From NCBI GenBank assembly GCA_902510995.1, contig CABXDL010000006.1:1-55940 (forward strand): DNA of 55,940 nt. Direction: 5' to 3'. This document shows positions 41,877 through 51,861 of this stretch, in pieces. Below the pieces are notes generated by a model, which saw only the letters and a list, made by a program, of their open reading frames with translations, was not told the origin of the DNA and made no database searches. Made by a program: the position numbers and the translations under genes. Source of the DNA: an uncultured Candidatus Actinomarina sp. Lineage in GTDB: Bacteria; Actinomycetota; Acidimicrobiia; Actinomarinales; Actinomarinaceae. Within the stretch, counting starts at the first letter, position 1. Each line of letters opens with the position of its first letter.

Positions 41877-42430
41877 ACTCTTGTAATGTATGTTGAAGAT
41901 TTTGTATCTACTCTTATAACTTCGTTTTCTTCTATGAACATAGGCACATTAATTACTAAACCCGTTTCACAAGTTACTGATTTATTTGAAGAAGTAACGG
42001 TATCTCCTTTAACAGCAGGCTCAGCTTTTGTTACCCTTAGATCTACAGCACTTGGCAAAACAACATCAATTGGGTTATTTTGGTACATTTGAATTGTTAA
42101 TTCTTGATTCTCTTTCATAAAAAGGTTTTTATTTTCAATTATTTTTTCGTTTAAAGTGATTTGTTCATAATTTTCATTATTCATAAAAATATATTCTGAA
42201 CCATCTTTATATAAATATTGAAAGGATTGCTTGTCTATAAAAGCCTGCTCTACGTCTTCATCAGCTCTAAATGTCTTATCTACAACTCCTCCGTTACTTA
42301 AATTTTTTAATTTAGTTTTAACAAAGGCTTTTCCTTTACCTGGTTTTACGTGTTGATACTCTAAAATTAAAAAAATTGAGCCTTCGATAATTATTGATTG
42401 TCCCGGTCTTATATCGTTTGTAGAAACCAT
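41873..42430 (-). CDS. efp: Elongation factor P
   Basis: HVKPGKGKAFV; KGDT; ETG....VP.FI. Confidence 0.98.
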   Translation of the reverse strand: MVSTNDIRPGQSIIIEGSIFLILEYQHVKPGKGKAFVKTKLKNLSNGGVVDKTFRADEDVEQAFIDKQSFQYLYKDGSEYIFMNNENYEQITLNEKIIENKNLFMKENQELTIQMYQNNPIDVVLPSAVDLRVTKAEPAVKGDTVTSSNKSVTCETGLVINVPMFIEENEVIRVDTKSSTYITRV

Positions 42431-43503
42431 TAAGGATTGACACCTTCCTCTTTTGCTTTATTCTTCATATTAATAAAGTCTGAATAGTCATTAGTGAAAG
42501 ACATCTTCCCATTTTTATCTGTTAAAAGATAGTATATAAAATCACTTTCAGGAGCATTAAGTGTAGCTAATAACGATCTTTCCCCAAAACCTGAAATTGG
42601 AGTAGGCGGTAATCCAGTGTATTTATAAGTGTTATAGTTTGAATCAATTTGAAGATCAACAAGAAGTACTTGAGACTTTCTTTTTTGCAAAGCATATAAA
42701 ACTGTTGCATCAATTTGTAACAACATATCATCGTACAGTCTATTTTTAATAACTGATGCAACTAGTGGCCTGTCTTCTTCAAGCTTTGATTCAGCTTCAA
42801 CTAAGCTTGCAATTACAAATAGTTGATTATAAGTATCTATCCAGTAAGGTAGTTCTGTATTTTGAAACAATTTATCAACTACATTTTCAAGTTCAGAAAC
42901 CATAAGCTGCAATACTTCTTCACCGTTAGCTTCTAAATTAATTTCATATGTATTTGGATATATTAAACCCTCCCAATTTTGCAATTGACTATAATCACCG
43001 AGATATATATATTTACTTTCAACTAACCCAGATATTAAAGAATTTTTTAACAATTCAACATCAAAACCTGTTTGTGAAGCTATTGACTCTAACGTTTCGT
43101 TAATCCATAACCCTTCAGGAACAGTAATATTATATGTTTTTAAAGGAGGTCCTTTTAACAATATTTCAGTTAGCTCATCAAATTGAAGATTGTTAGCTAT
43201 TTCGTAATCTCCAGCCCTTAACTTATCAGACATATTCTCATTTCTTAAATATATTTCATAAGCTAAGGAAGAACTTATTACTCCTCTATTATCTAAAATT
43301 GAAGTGATATCTGTAGCAGAAGATCCTTGTGGTATTGATACATAAACAATTTTAACTTCTTGAATATTTTCTGAGCTAGTTACATCGATGATTTTCTTGA
43401 TTGAGTTAGCTGCACTATTCGCAAATATTACTGAAGCTATTACTGATGTAATAGTTATTACAACATAGAAATAGGATCTATTTTTATAATATAAACTATT
43501 CAT
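42430..43503 (-). CDS. mltG: Endolytic transglycosylase MltG
   Basis: N-terminal TM; PEG; EG...P.TY; ASLVEAE; LQIDAT; YNTY...GLPPTPI. Confidence 0.95.
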   Translation of the reverse strand: MNSLYYKNRSYFYVVITITSVIASVIFANSAANSIKKIIDVTSSENIQEVKIVYVSIPQGSSATDITSILDNRGVISSSLAYEIYLRNENMSDKLRAGDYEIANNLQFDELTEILLKGPPLKTYNITVPEGLWINETLESIASQTGFDVELLKNSLISGLVESKYIYLGDYSQLQNWEGLIYPNTYEINLEANGEEVLQLMVSELENVVDKLFQNTELPYWIDTYNQLFVIASLVEAESKLEEDRPLVASVIKNRLYDDMLLQIDATVLYALQKRKSQVLLVDLQIDSNYNTYKYTGLPPTPISGFGERSLLATLNAPESDFIYYLLTDKNGKMSFTNDYSDFINMKNKAKEEGVNP

Positions 43504-43876
43504 TTGAACAGTATGTTTCTAATAACTTAACAGCAGATAGGTCATCATATCTTTTATCAGTTGAGTGATCTATAATTTTTGACGTCAATCTTTCATCAAC
43601 TTTTTTGATAGGCAAATCAAAATTTACTTTTAAATCATTTTCTATAAAATTATCTACTAACTTACTCATTCTTGAAGGTTTTTTACTCAATCCAATCGGA
43701 TACCCGATTATTATTTTACTTATACCCTCTTTTTCTACAGTTTCTTTTATTTCAGAAATTAATTCAGTATTTTTGGTATCAATGATTTTATGTGCATAAG
43801 GGATTGAAATATTATTTTTTTTTATAGCTATACCTACAAACCTTTCTCCAAAATCAATTCCTAATAAATTATTCAA
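43496..43876 (-). CDS. ruvX: YqgF/RuvX pre-16S nuclease
   Basis: LGIDFG...G.A; IG.P; DERLTS; D..SA. Confidence 0.92.
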   Translation of the reverse strand: MNNLLGIDFGERFVGIAIKKNNISIPYAHKIIDTKNTELISEIKETVEKEGISKIIIGYPIGLSKKPSRMSKLVDNFIENDLKVNFDLPIKKVDERLTSKIIDHSTDKRYDDLSAVKLLETYCSNE

Positions 43877-43877
43877 T

Positions 43878-46406
43878 TTAAGTATTTTTAGTAAATTCTT
43901 GAGTTACATACTCAATACATTTCTTATCATCATATTCAGATGTACCACCGCCTATTGATAAAACCTGATCTTTGGAAGCACCTCCACCGTAAAGTTTGGA
44001 TGCGTTACTTACAATCTCAGATACATCAAACTTATCTAGACTTTCTGCGTTCTTGCATCCAACAATAACTGTTTTAGTTTCAATTTTTGCTAATAGGAAA
44101 ATAAAGTCTAGATTATGAGATTTTATAGTTTGCACCGCTAAATCTTTAGCTTCATTAGAGTCAGAAACATTTACTTTGCCTATGTAAGTGTTTAAATTAT
44201 TAATAACTTTTGCTTCGTTGATAATTCTAACTAATTCCTTACCGCTCTCTTGTTTGTTGTAAGTGTCTAACTTTTCTTTAATATCTTCATATGTTTCCAT
44301 AAAAGTTTTTAATTTTTCAGGAACATTCTCAATATTAGTTTGGAGCATTTCGCTTACTGATTTATATGATTTATAAGCATTACTCATAAAACTATAAGCT
44401 TGTTCACCAGATAACATTTCAATTCTTCTTAAATTAGAACCAATAGATGATTCGTTTAAAAGTACTATCAAGCCAACTTCATTAGAATTGTGAACATGAG
44501 TGCCACCACATAACTCTTTAGAGAAGTTACCTATATTAACTACGCGTACATCATCATCGTATTTATCACCAAAAAAAGCTAACGCACCTTCATCTTTTGC
44601 TTTTTTTATATCCATAACATTTGTATTAACTGATAAATCTTTGTAAATATTATCGTTACTCATTTGAAAAATCTCTTCCAGTTCTTCTTTTTTTACTTTT
44701 TCTGTATGGCTAAAATCAAATCGAAATTTTCCAGGAGCTACGTGGGAACCAGCTTGGGCAACATGATCTCCTAATATGTTCCTTAATGATGAGTGAACAA
44801 TATGAGCAGCTGTGTGGCTTTTTGAAACAGAACTTCTGAACCCTTTATCTACATTTAATGTGATCTTATCACCTATTTTTAAATTATTATTTTCAATTAG
44901 TAATCCGGTCGAACCTGTGTCTGATTGAATAACATCTTTTACATCAATTATTTTCTCATTAATTTTTATTGAGCCTTTATCAGATATTTGCCCACCTGCT
45001 TCGAAATAAAATGGATTTTCATTAGTAAAAATGACAGAATTTTTACCTACTTCTTCTATATGAAAAACTTCTGATTCTATAGATATTGAATCGTAACCAA
45101 CAAATTTGTTAATATCCACACCTATAATTTTATTGTCTGTTTCAGATTTTTTACCTGTATTTGATTTTATTCTGTGTTCATCAAGTAAGATATTAAATTT
45201 ATCAAAGTTAATAGATAAACCATGTTCGATTGCTGATTCTTGTGTTAATTCAAATGGAAAACCAAATGTTTCAAATAAATAAAAAGCATCTTTTTCATCA
45301 ATATCGTTTTTATTACTAAGCATATTGGTAATTTCTTGATTACCTTTAACAAGAGTATTTTGAAATAATTCTTCTTCTTTTTTGAACAGTTTAATTATTT
45401 TTGATTTGTTTTGTACTAACTCTGGGTATGTACTTTTATAATCATCAACTACTATTTCAATTAAAAAATCGAGAGACTTTAGTTCATCAGTTAATCTATA
45501 CATTGCTCTGGCAGCTCTTCTAATGATTCTTCTTAATACATAACCCCTTCCTTCATTAGTTGGTACAACTCCATCAGATATCATAAAGGTTGATGACTTT
45601 ACATGGTCAAGGACTATTCTTTCATATTTTTTATCATTTTTATGTATAACTTTATTAAGTTCTTCATACATAGAACTAAATGTATCGATCTCAAAAGGTG
45701 AATCTTTTTCCTGTAAAACCATAGCCATTCTCTCTAAACCCATTCCAGTATCTATATTTTTAGCTGGCAAATCATCTATAACATGATAAGGTTCGTCTTG
45801 AATTGATTCCATAAATACTAGATTCCATATTTCAATAAACCTATCCTCACCTCCTCCAATTGGACCACCTTCTTCACCAAAATCTTTACCTCTATCAATA
45901 AATATTTCAGAACAAGGACCACATGGGCCTGGAATATTCATATGCCAGAAATTATCTTTATCCCCCTTTTGAATTCTATCTTCCGGAATACCTATTATAT
46001 TTTTCCAGATATTATAAGACTCTTCATCATCTTTATAAACTGTGAACCAAAGGTCTTTCTTGTCAACACCTAATTCATTAGTTATAAATTCATATGACAA
46101 TCTCATTGCATCCTCTTTGAAATAATTATCAATACTAAAATTTCCTAACATTTCAAAAAATGTAAGATGCCTATCTGTATCTCCTACTATATCTATATCA
46201 ACGGTCCTGATACATTTTTGAGATGAAGTTAAATTATTATGAGGCGGTTCTTTAGAACCCATAAAAAATTCTTTTAAAGGAACCATTCCAGCTGCTGTAA
46301 ATAATAACGTCTCATCGTGTGGAATTAATGAAGATGATTCTAAAATTTTGTGATTGTTATCTTCAAAATATTTTAAGAATTTAATTCTTATTTGATCGCT
46401 ATTCAT
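43878..46406 (-). CDS. alaS: Alanine--tRNA ligase
   Basis: LLFTAAGM; TFFEMLGNFS; GPCGPCSE; HTAAH and CGGTH editing motifs; ATG 46406 preferred. Confidence 0.98.
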   Translation of the reverse strand: MNSDQIRIKFLKYFEDNNHKILESSSLIPHDETLLFTAAGMVPLKEFFMGSKEPPHNNLTSSQKCIRTVDIDIVGDTDRHLTFFEMLGNFSIDNYFKEDAMRLSYEFITNELGVDKKDLWFTVYKDDEESYNIWKNIIGIPEDRIQKGDKDNFWHMNIPGPCGPCSEIFIDRGKDFGEEGGPIGGGEDRFIEIWNLVFMESIQDEPYHVIDDLPAKNIDTGMGLERMAMVLQEKDSPFEIDTFSSMYEELNKVIHKNDKKYERIVLDHVKSSTFMISDGVVPTNEGRGYVLRRIIRRAARAMYRLTDELKSLDFLIEIVVDDYKSTYPELVQNKSKIIKLFKKEEELFQNTLVKGNQEITNMLSNKNDIDEKDAFYLFETFGFPFELTQESAIEHGLSINFDKFNILLDEHRIKSNTGKKSETDNKIIGVDINKFVGYDSISIESEVFHIEEVGKNSVIFTNENPFYFEAGGQISDKGSIKINEKIIDVKDVIQSDTGSTGLLIENNNLKIGDKITLNVDKGFRSSVSKSHTAAHIVHSSLRNILGDHVAQAGSHVAPGKFRFDFSHTEKVKKEELEEIFQMSNDNIYKDLSVNTNVMDIKKAKDEGALAFFGDKYDDDVRVVNIGNFSKELCGGTHVHNSNEVGLIVLLNESSIGSNLRRIEMLSGEQAYSFMSNAYKSYKSVSEMLQTNIENVPEKLKTFMETYEDIKEKLDTYNKQESGKELVRIINEAKVINNLNTYIGKVNVSDSNEAKDLAVQTIKSHNLDFIFLLAKIETKTVIVGCKNAESLDKFDVSEIVSNASKLYGGGASKDQVLSIGGGTSEYDDKKCIEYVTQEFTKNT

Positions 46407-48102
46407 CTTCTTCCCACTCAACTTTTATGTTATATTCAAGTAAATCTTGCTCTGATAATCTAGCTGGCGCATTTGTTAACGGATCTAATCCCGATTGTGT
46501 TTTAGGAAATGGTATTACATCCCGAATAGACTCTGCATTAACCATTTCAGCTATTAATCTATCAATGCCTATTGCAAAACCTGCATGTTGGGGAGAACCA
46601 TATGATAAAGCCTCAATAAACCAACCAAAACGTTCCCCTATTTCCTTATCAGATAAACCCCATTTACTTAAAACAATAGTCTGCATATTTGGATCATTTA
46701 TTCTTTGTGAACCTGAACCGAGTTCTACTCCGTTAAGAACAAGGTCATAATGTAATGCAGTAGCACTTTCTGGGTTATTATTAAATTCCTTTGTATTTTT
46801 AGGTGCAGTAAATGGATGATGAGATGGTTGCAATTCTCCATTTTCGTATTCAAAATATGGAAATTCATCTATCCAGATAAATTCATATTGATCTTTTTCT
46901 TTTTTTTCATACAGCTTTCTTCGGAGTATATCAAGAATAGAAGCTGTTTCTGTTGAATTCCCTGCCTGAAATATTACTGTACTATTGTTATATTTTTTTA
47001 TTTTGTTTATCTCGTTGTCTTTTAATATTTTTGTTAGAGGTCCGGATATTTCATTATCAGTGATTTTAAACCAACCTAAACCAGCGCTTCCTTCTTCTTT
47101 AACAAGCTTATCCAAATTATCTATTTCAGATCTAGTTAATAGTTTATCTAAGATAAAACCACGTACTGAACCTTTATTGTTAATGCTATTTTTTATGAAA
47201 GAAATTTCAGTGTCTATAAATATGTTTGTTAAATCTGTAATTGTTTCAGTTATTCTTAAATCAGGTTTATCAGTACCGTATAGCATTAATGATTCTTGAT
47301 ATGAAAGTCTTTTGAATGGAGTTTTTATCTGAATGGAATATACAGATTTAAGTAGATACTTCATAGTTTTTTCAACTATTTTTTGAACAGTTTGAGGATC
47401 GGCATTAGCTATTTCAATATCTAATTGTGTAAATTCAGGTTGTCTATCTTTTCTAGAATCTTCGTCCCGGTAGCATTTTGCTATTTGATAATAATTTTTA
47501 AGACCTGACAACATAAATAATTGCTTATACATTTGGGGAGATTGAGGTAACGCGTAGAAATTACCTGGTGATTTTCTTGAAGGAACAACGAAATCTTTAG
47601 CACCTTCTGGTGTTGATTTGATTAATGTTGGTGTGTCAATTTCATCTATACCAAGTTTGTTCATTGCTTCTCTAATACTTTTAAATGTTTTAGATCTTGC
47701 TAAGATATTATTTTTCATTTCATTTCTTCTTATGTCCAAATATCGATGTTTTAGTCTTATTTGCTCATCTACGTCAATACCATCATCAATTTGAAATGGA
47801 AGAACTTTACTCTGAGAGATAACACTTAAGGTTTCTAACTCTATTTCAATATCTCCATATTCCTCATCTGAATTAATATTCTCTTTTTGACGTTTAATAA
47901 GACTTCCTGATACTGATACATAATATTCATTTTTTATGCTTTCGAAATCATCAGGTTTATCTGTTACGATTTGTACTTTTGAGTCGTGATCTCTGAGTTC
48001 AAAAAAAAGTAATCCACCATGATGTCTAATGGTGTCTACCCAACCTCTTAGATCATCTATTTCATTATTAGTTTTTACACTACTTATATCTGATATATAC
48101 AT
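46399..48102 (-). CDS. aspS: Aspartate--tRNA ligase (probably non-discriminating)
   Basis: STPEGA.DF; LPQSPQ; RQPEFTQLD.E; HHPFT; FPKT. Confidence 0.98.
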   Translation of the reverse strand: MYISDISSVKTNNEIDDLRGWVDTIRHHGGLLFFELRDHDSKVQIVTDKPDDFESIKNEYYVSVSGSLIKRQKENINSDEEYGDIEIELETLSVISQSKVLPFQIDDGIDVDEQIRLKHRYLDIRRNEMKNNILARSKTFKSIREAMNKLGIDEIDTPTLIKSTPEGAKDFVVPSRKSPGNFYALPQSPQMYKQLFMLSGLKNYYQIAKCYRDEDSRKDRQPEFTQLDIEIANADPQTVQKIVEKTMKYLLKSVYSIQIKTPFKRLSYQESLMLYGTDKPDLRITETITDLTNIFIDTEISFIKNSINNKGSVRGFILDKLLTRSEIDNLDKLVKEEGSAGLGWFKITDNEISGPLTKILKDNEINKIKKYNNSTVIFQAGNSTETASILDILRRKLYEKKEKDQYEFIWIDEFPYFEYENGELQPSHHPFTAPKNTKEFNNNPESATALHYDLVLNGVELGSGSQRINDPNMQTIVLSKWGLSDKEIGERFGWFIEALSYGSPQHAGFAIGIDRLIAEMVNAESIRDVIPFPKTQSGLDPLTNAPARLSEQDLLEYNIKVEWEEDE

Positions 48103-48104
48103 AT

Positions 48105-49052
48105 TTATTCTAAATCCATTATTCTATCAATGCCGAATGCAACACCAAATCCATTTATTTCTTTGCCTCCAAGTAAACTAGATAGTCTATCATACTGGCC
48201 ACCGCCACCTAGAGCATCCTGGCTTCCATTGCTTTCATTAGGTACAATCTCAAAAGTAAAATCATTATAATAATCTAAACCCCTAACTAATAATGGATTT
48301 TCTTTATATGAGATTTTTGCATCAGAAATCATATTAATTATTTTTTCATAGCTATCTTTTGATTTATCGGATCTATATTCAGATAATTTAGGCGCATTTA
48401 CTAATATTTCTGTATCATTTTTGTTTTTAGAATCAAGAATCCTTAGTGGGTTGCTTTCTAATCTTTTTAATGAGTCTTCAGATAAATTATCTTTATGATC
48501 TTCTAAATACTTTACAAGAACTTGATTGTATTTAATTCTATCATCGCTATTACCAATAGAATTAATTTCGAATGTAAAATTTGAATCTACAGGTATGCAG
48601 GATTCTAAGAAGTCGTTACTTAATTGTATAATTGAAAATATTTCATTAACTGAATCACTTTTGTAACCTAATGTTTCTGCGCCTACTTGATGAAATTCCC
48701 TATACCTACCTTTTTGCGGTCTTTCGTAGCGAAACATTTGATCTGAATAATAATAATTTTTATTTTTGGAATACTTCTTTTCAATATGATGTCTCACAAT
48801 TCCTGCTGTTCCTTCTGGTCTTAATACTAAATTTCTACCCTTTTTATCAGGGAATGTATACATTTGCTTAGTAACAATATCAGTATGTTCACCAACTGAT
48901 CTTGTAAAAAGTTCTTCTTTTTCCAAAGTAGGTATTTTAATGTAATCAAACTCATATTTTTTAGCTACATTATGAAAGGTGTTAATAATTTCTAAATATC
49001 TTTTTGCCTCATCACCTTCGATAACTCTTGTACCTCTGACACCATCAATCAT
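48105..49052 (-). CDS. hisS: Histidine--tRNA ligase, catalytic domain only
   Basis: LRPEGTA; FRYERPQKGRYREFHQ; LVRGLDYY; GGG.YD; G.AFG.DRI then stop. Confidence 0.93.
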   Translation of the reverse strand: MIDGVRGTRVIEGDEAKRYLEIINTFHNVAKKYEFDYIKIPTLEKEELFTRSVGEHTDIVTKQMYTFPDKKGRNLVLRPEGTAGIVRHHIEKKYSKNKNYYYSDQMFRYERPQKGRYREFHQVGAETLGYKSDSVNEIFSIIQLSNDFLESCIPVDSNFTFEINSIGNSDDRIKYNQVLVKYLEDHKDNLSEDSLKRLESNPLRILDSKNKNDTEILVNAPKLSEYRSDKSKDSYEKIINMISDAKISYKENPLLVRGLDYYNDFTFEIVPNESNGSQDALGGGGQYDRLSSLLGGKEINGFGVAFGIDRIMDLE

Positions 49053-49671
49053 CTATAAATTCCTTTAAATAGTCATTATAGTTAAGAATATTAGAGACAG
49101 TGTCACTATCACCATGACCGGGGAAAACTTCCAAACCTTTATCAAATGATAAAAACACATTGTTGACTGAATCTTTCATTTCTTCATAACTTCCACTAAA
49201 CAAATCAGTTCTACCAATACCTTGAGAAAAGACAAAATCTCCTGTAAAAACTACTCCTATTTCTACGAATTCATAGGATATGCTACCTTTTGTATGTCCA
49301 GGATTTTTATATACCTTTATGACTTCATTATCAAACGTTTCAATATTTAATAATGGTCCTTTATACTCTTCAATTAATAGTTCTTCGTTAGTAAATTGAC
49401 TAAGTTGCTCTTGAGGGTTTCTGGCTAAAAATTCATCATCCATATTTAGATAAATATTACCATCTACTTTAGGCGCCCCTAAAGCGTGGTCATAATGCCC
49501 ATGAGTTAATAAATATCCACCAACAGATAAATTCCTATCTTTTATATATTCAATAGCTGGCTCTACATCCGGAGGTAAGTCTATTACATAGCATATATCA
49601 ATTTGAGGATCTGGTTGAACTACATAACAGTTGGAAGTAGTAAAACTAGTGAAAGTGTTAATAGTGTTCAA
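49045..49671 (-). CDS. MBL-fold metallo-hydrolase (glyoxalase II-like)
   Basis: THGHYDH; PGHT.G; GD..F...IGRTDL; PGHG. Confidence 0.9.
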   Translation of the reverse strand: MNTINTFTSFTTSNCYVVQPDPQIDICYVIDLPPDVEPAIEYIKDRNLSVGGYLLTHGHYDHALGAPKVDGNIYLNMDDEFLARNPQEQLSQFTNEELLIEEYKGPLLNIETFDNEVIKVYKNPGHTKGSISYEFVEIGVVFTGDFVFSQGIGRTDLFSGSYEEMKDSVNNVFLSFDKGLEVFPGHGDSDTVSNILNYNDYLKEFIDD

Positions 49672-49674
49672 AGA

Positions 49675-51840
49675 TCAGTCTCCTTTACCTGGAAATACTC
49701 TTTTTGCATCAAATACGTTTTCAATATCTTTAGAATCAGCAATAATAGACTCTAATTGTATGTTGTCACTTAACTCTATCTGAAAAAGTAAAGATACTAT
49801 TCTTTTACTATTAGTTACTGATTTAGCAACAAGTATGTTTCCACCATTATCAGAAATAGCGATAGTAGCGTCTCTTAACAGGTATGGTCTATCAATAGCT
49901 TCAATCTCAACCCAGACAATTGAACCAGTGTGTGTATTAAGCCCCCAACTAACATCAACAATACGTTCACCTTGAGAGTTATCTATATTAACGTTTAGAC
50001 AATCAGATCGATGTATTGATATACCATTATTAATTGTCACAAAGCCTAATATGTCATCTCCAGGTACAGGAACACAGCATCTTGCCATTCTTACTTTTAT
50101 ATCGTCATATCCTTCAACTAAAACCAATTGGGAACTATTACTAGGTGTGGATTCTGGTGATAAAATATCTTCTTCTGCTGAAATTTCCTCTGGAAAAACA
50201 AATTTTCTTATTCTGTTAGCTAAGTTATTAATTTTTAAATTGTTATTTCCCAAATTTAAATACAAAGTCTCATAATTAGGGTATTTATAGTCAGATAATA
50301 AATAATCTAGAATACTTTCTTTATTTGAAAAATTTAATATATCAGTATTTTCATCAAGCCAAGTATTTAAAAGTTGCTTGCCTCTTTGAATGTCCTCATC
50401 CTTCATTTGTTTTTGATGCCATTGTTTTATTTTTGACCTAGCACGTGTTGTTTTTACAAATCCTAACCAATCCCTGCTAGGTCCTTTATCCATATCTTTA
50501 GTTGTTAAGATTTCGACAGTATCACCAGTTTTTAATAAAGTACCTAAATTTACTAGTTTTCCATTTATTTTAGCTCCAATAAGTTTTTCTCCTACTTGTG
50601 TATGTACTGCAAAAGCAAAATCTACTGGAGAAGCACCAGTAGGTAAAGTAATTACATCTCCATTAGGGGTTAAGCAAAATATCTCTTGCTCATATAAGTC
50701 AAGTTTCATATGAGATAAAAATTCATTTGGTTCTGGGTATTCTTCAGAGATACTATTTAAATCATTCGTCCATTCTTGTAGATCATTTTTTGGTTTTTCT
50801 TTATATTTCCAGTGTGAAGCAACTCCAAATTCTGCTCTGTAATGCATATCATGTGTCCTTATTTGAATCTCCATTCTTTGACCTTCTGTTGTTAAAACAG
50901 TTGTATGCAAGCTTTGATATAGATTAAATTTTGGCATGGATATAAAGTCTTTAAATCTACCAAGAACAGGTTGAAAGTTAGCATGTATTAAGCCAAGTAT
51001 TGTATAACAATTTTTTACGTCGTCAGTAAGTATACGTATACCGACTAAGTCATTTATTTCATTAAATGAAAGTCCGCTGTTGATAATTTTTTTATAAATA
51101 GAATAATTATGTTTAGGTCTACCTACTACTTTGGCTGATAAAGAGTTGTCTGTTAATAACTTTTGAATAATAGATATAGATTCGTTAATGTTTTTAGCTC
51201 TATTTGGAGCGGATTTAGAAATTAAATTGTTAATTTCTTCATTTTGATTTTTAAATAAAATATTAAAAGATACATCTTCTAAGGTGTGCTTTATATTTTG
51301 TAATCCTAATCTGTGAGCTAATGGAGCATAGACGTAGAGTGTCTCTTGAGCAATTTTTTCCTTTTTCCATTCATTAAGATAATCAATTGTTTCAATATTG
51401 TGTAATCTGTCAGCTAATTTTAAAATTAGTACTCTAATATCCTTCGACATAGCAATAACCATTTTTCTAATGGCATCAGCTTTAGCTTCTTCTTTTGAAT
51501 TATAATTTATCTTATCTAATTTGGTTACACCGTCAACGATGTCAGCAATTTCCTTACCGAATTCTTTTTTTAGTTGACTGTAGGTAATATCTGTATCTTC
51601 AATTAAATCATGTAAAATTGCAGCAACAATTGATTCAATATCCATACTTAAATTGGAAAGATATATTGCAACATGTAAAGGATGTGTAATATAAGGCTCA
51701 CCAGAATGTCTTTTCTGATTACCATGCCCAGCTAAAGCTAAATCAAAAGCTTTTTTCAGTAAAGCTATTTCATCTTTAGAGTAACCATCTGTAAGTTTTT
51801 TAAATAGATTATCTACTTGTTCAATTGTCGAATTACTCAT
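49675..51840 (-). CDS. rel: Bifunctional (p)ppGpp synthase/hydrolase Rel
   Basis: SGEPYI.HP; LHD..ED; KLADRLHN; YQSLHT; EIQIRT; TGS, CC and ACT domains. Confidence 0.97.
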   Translation of the reverse strand: MSNSTIEQVDNLFKKLTDGYSKDEIALLKKAFDLALAGHGNQKRHSGEPYITHPLHVAIYLSNLSMDIESIVAAILHDLIEDTDITYSQLKKEFGKEIADIVDGVTKLDKINYNSKEEAKADAIRKMVIAMSKDIRVLILKLADRLHNIETIDYLNEWKKEKIAQETLYVYAPLAHRLGLQNIKHTLEDVSFNILFKNQNEEINNLISKSAPNRAKNINESISIIQKLLTDNSLSAKVVGRPKHNYSIYKKIINSGLSFNEINDLVGIRILTDDVKNCYTILGLIHANFQPVLGRFKDFISMPKFNLYQSLHTTVLTTEGQRMEIQIRTHDMHYRAEFGVASHWKYKEKPKNDLQEWTNDLNSISEEYPEPNEFLSHMKLDLYEQEIFCLTPNGDVITLPTGASPVDFAFAVHTQVGEKLIGAKINGKLVNLGTLLKTGDTVEILTTKDMDKGPSRDWLGFVKTTRARSKIKQWHQKQMKDEDIQRGKQLLNTWLDENTDILNFSNKESILDYLLSDYKYPNYETLYLNLGNNNLKINNLANRIRKFVFPEEISAEEDILSPESTPSNSSQLVLVEGYDDIKVRMARCCVPVPGDDILGFVTINNGISIHRSDCLNVNIDNSQGERIVDVSWGLNTHTGSIVWVEIEAIDRPYLLRDATIAISDNGGNILVAKSVTNSKRIVSLLFQIELSDNIQLESIIADSKDIENVFDAKRVFPGKGD

Positions 51841-51861
51841 AATTTAATGGTAGTAAGATTA

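Noticed and set aside
48105-49052. HisZ (ATP-PRT regulatory subunit) as the identity of the short hisS
   Set aside because: Retains HisRS catalytic motifs (LVRGLDYY, complete motif 2) and sits in the hisS-aspS locus, not next to hisG.
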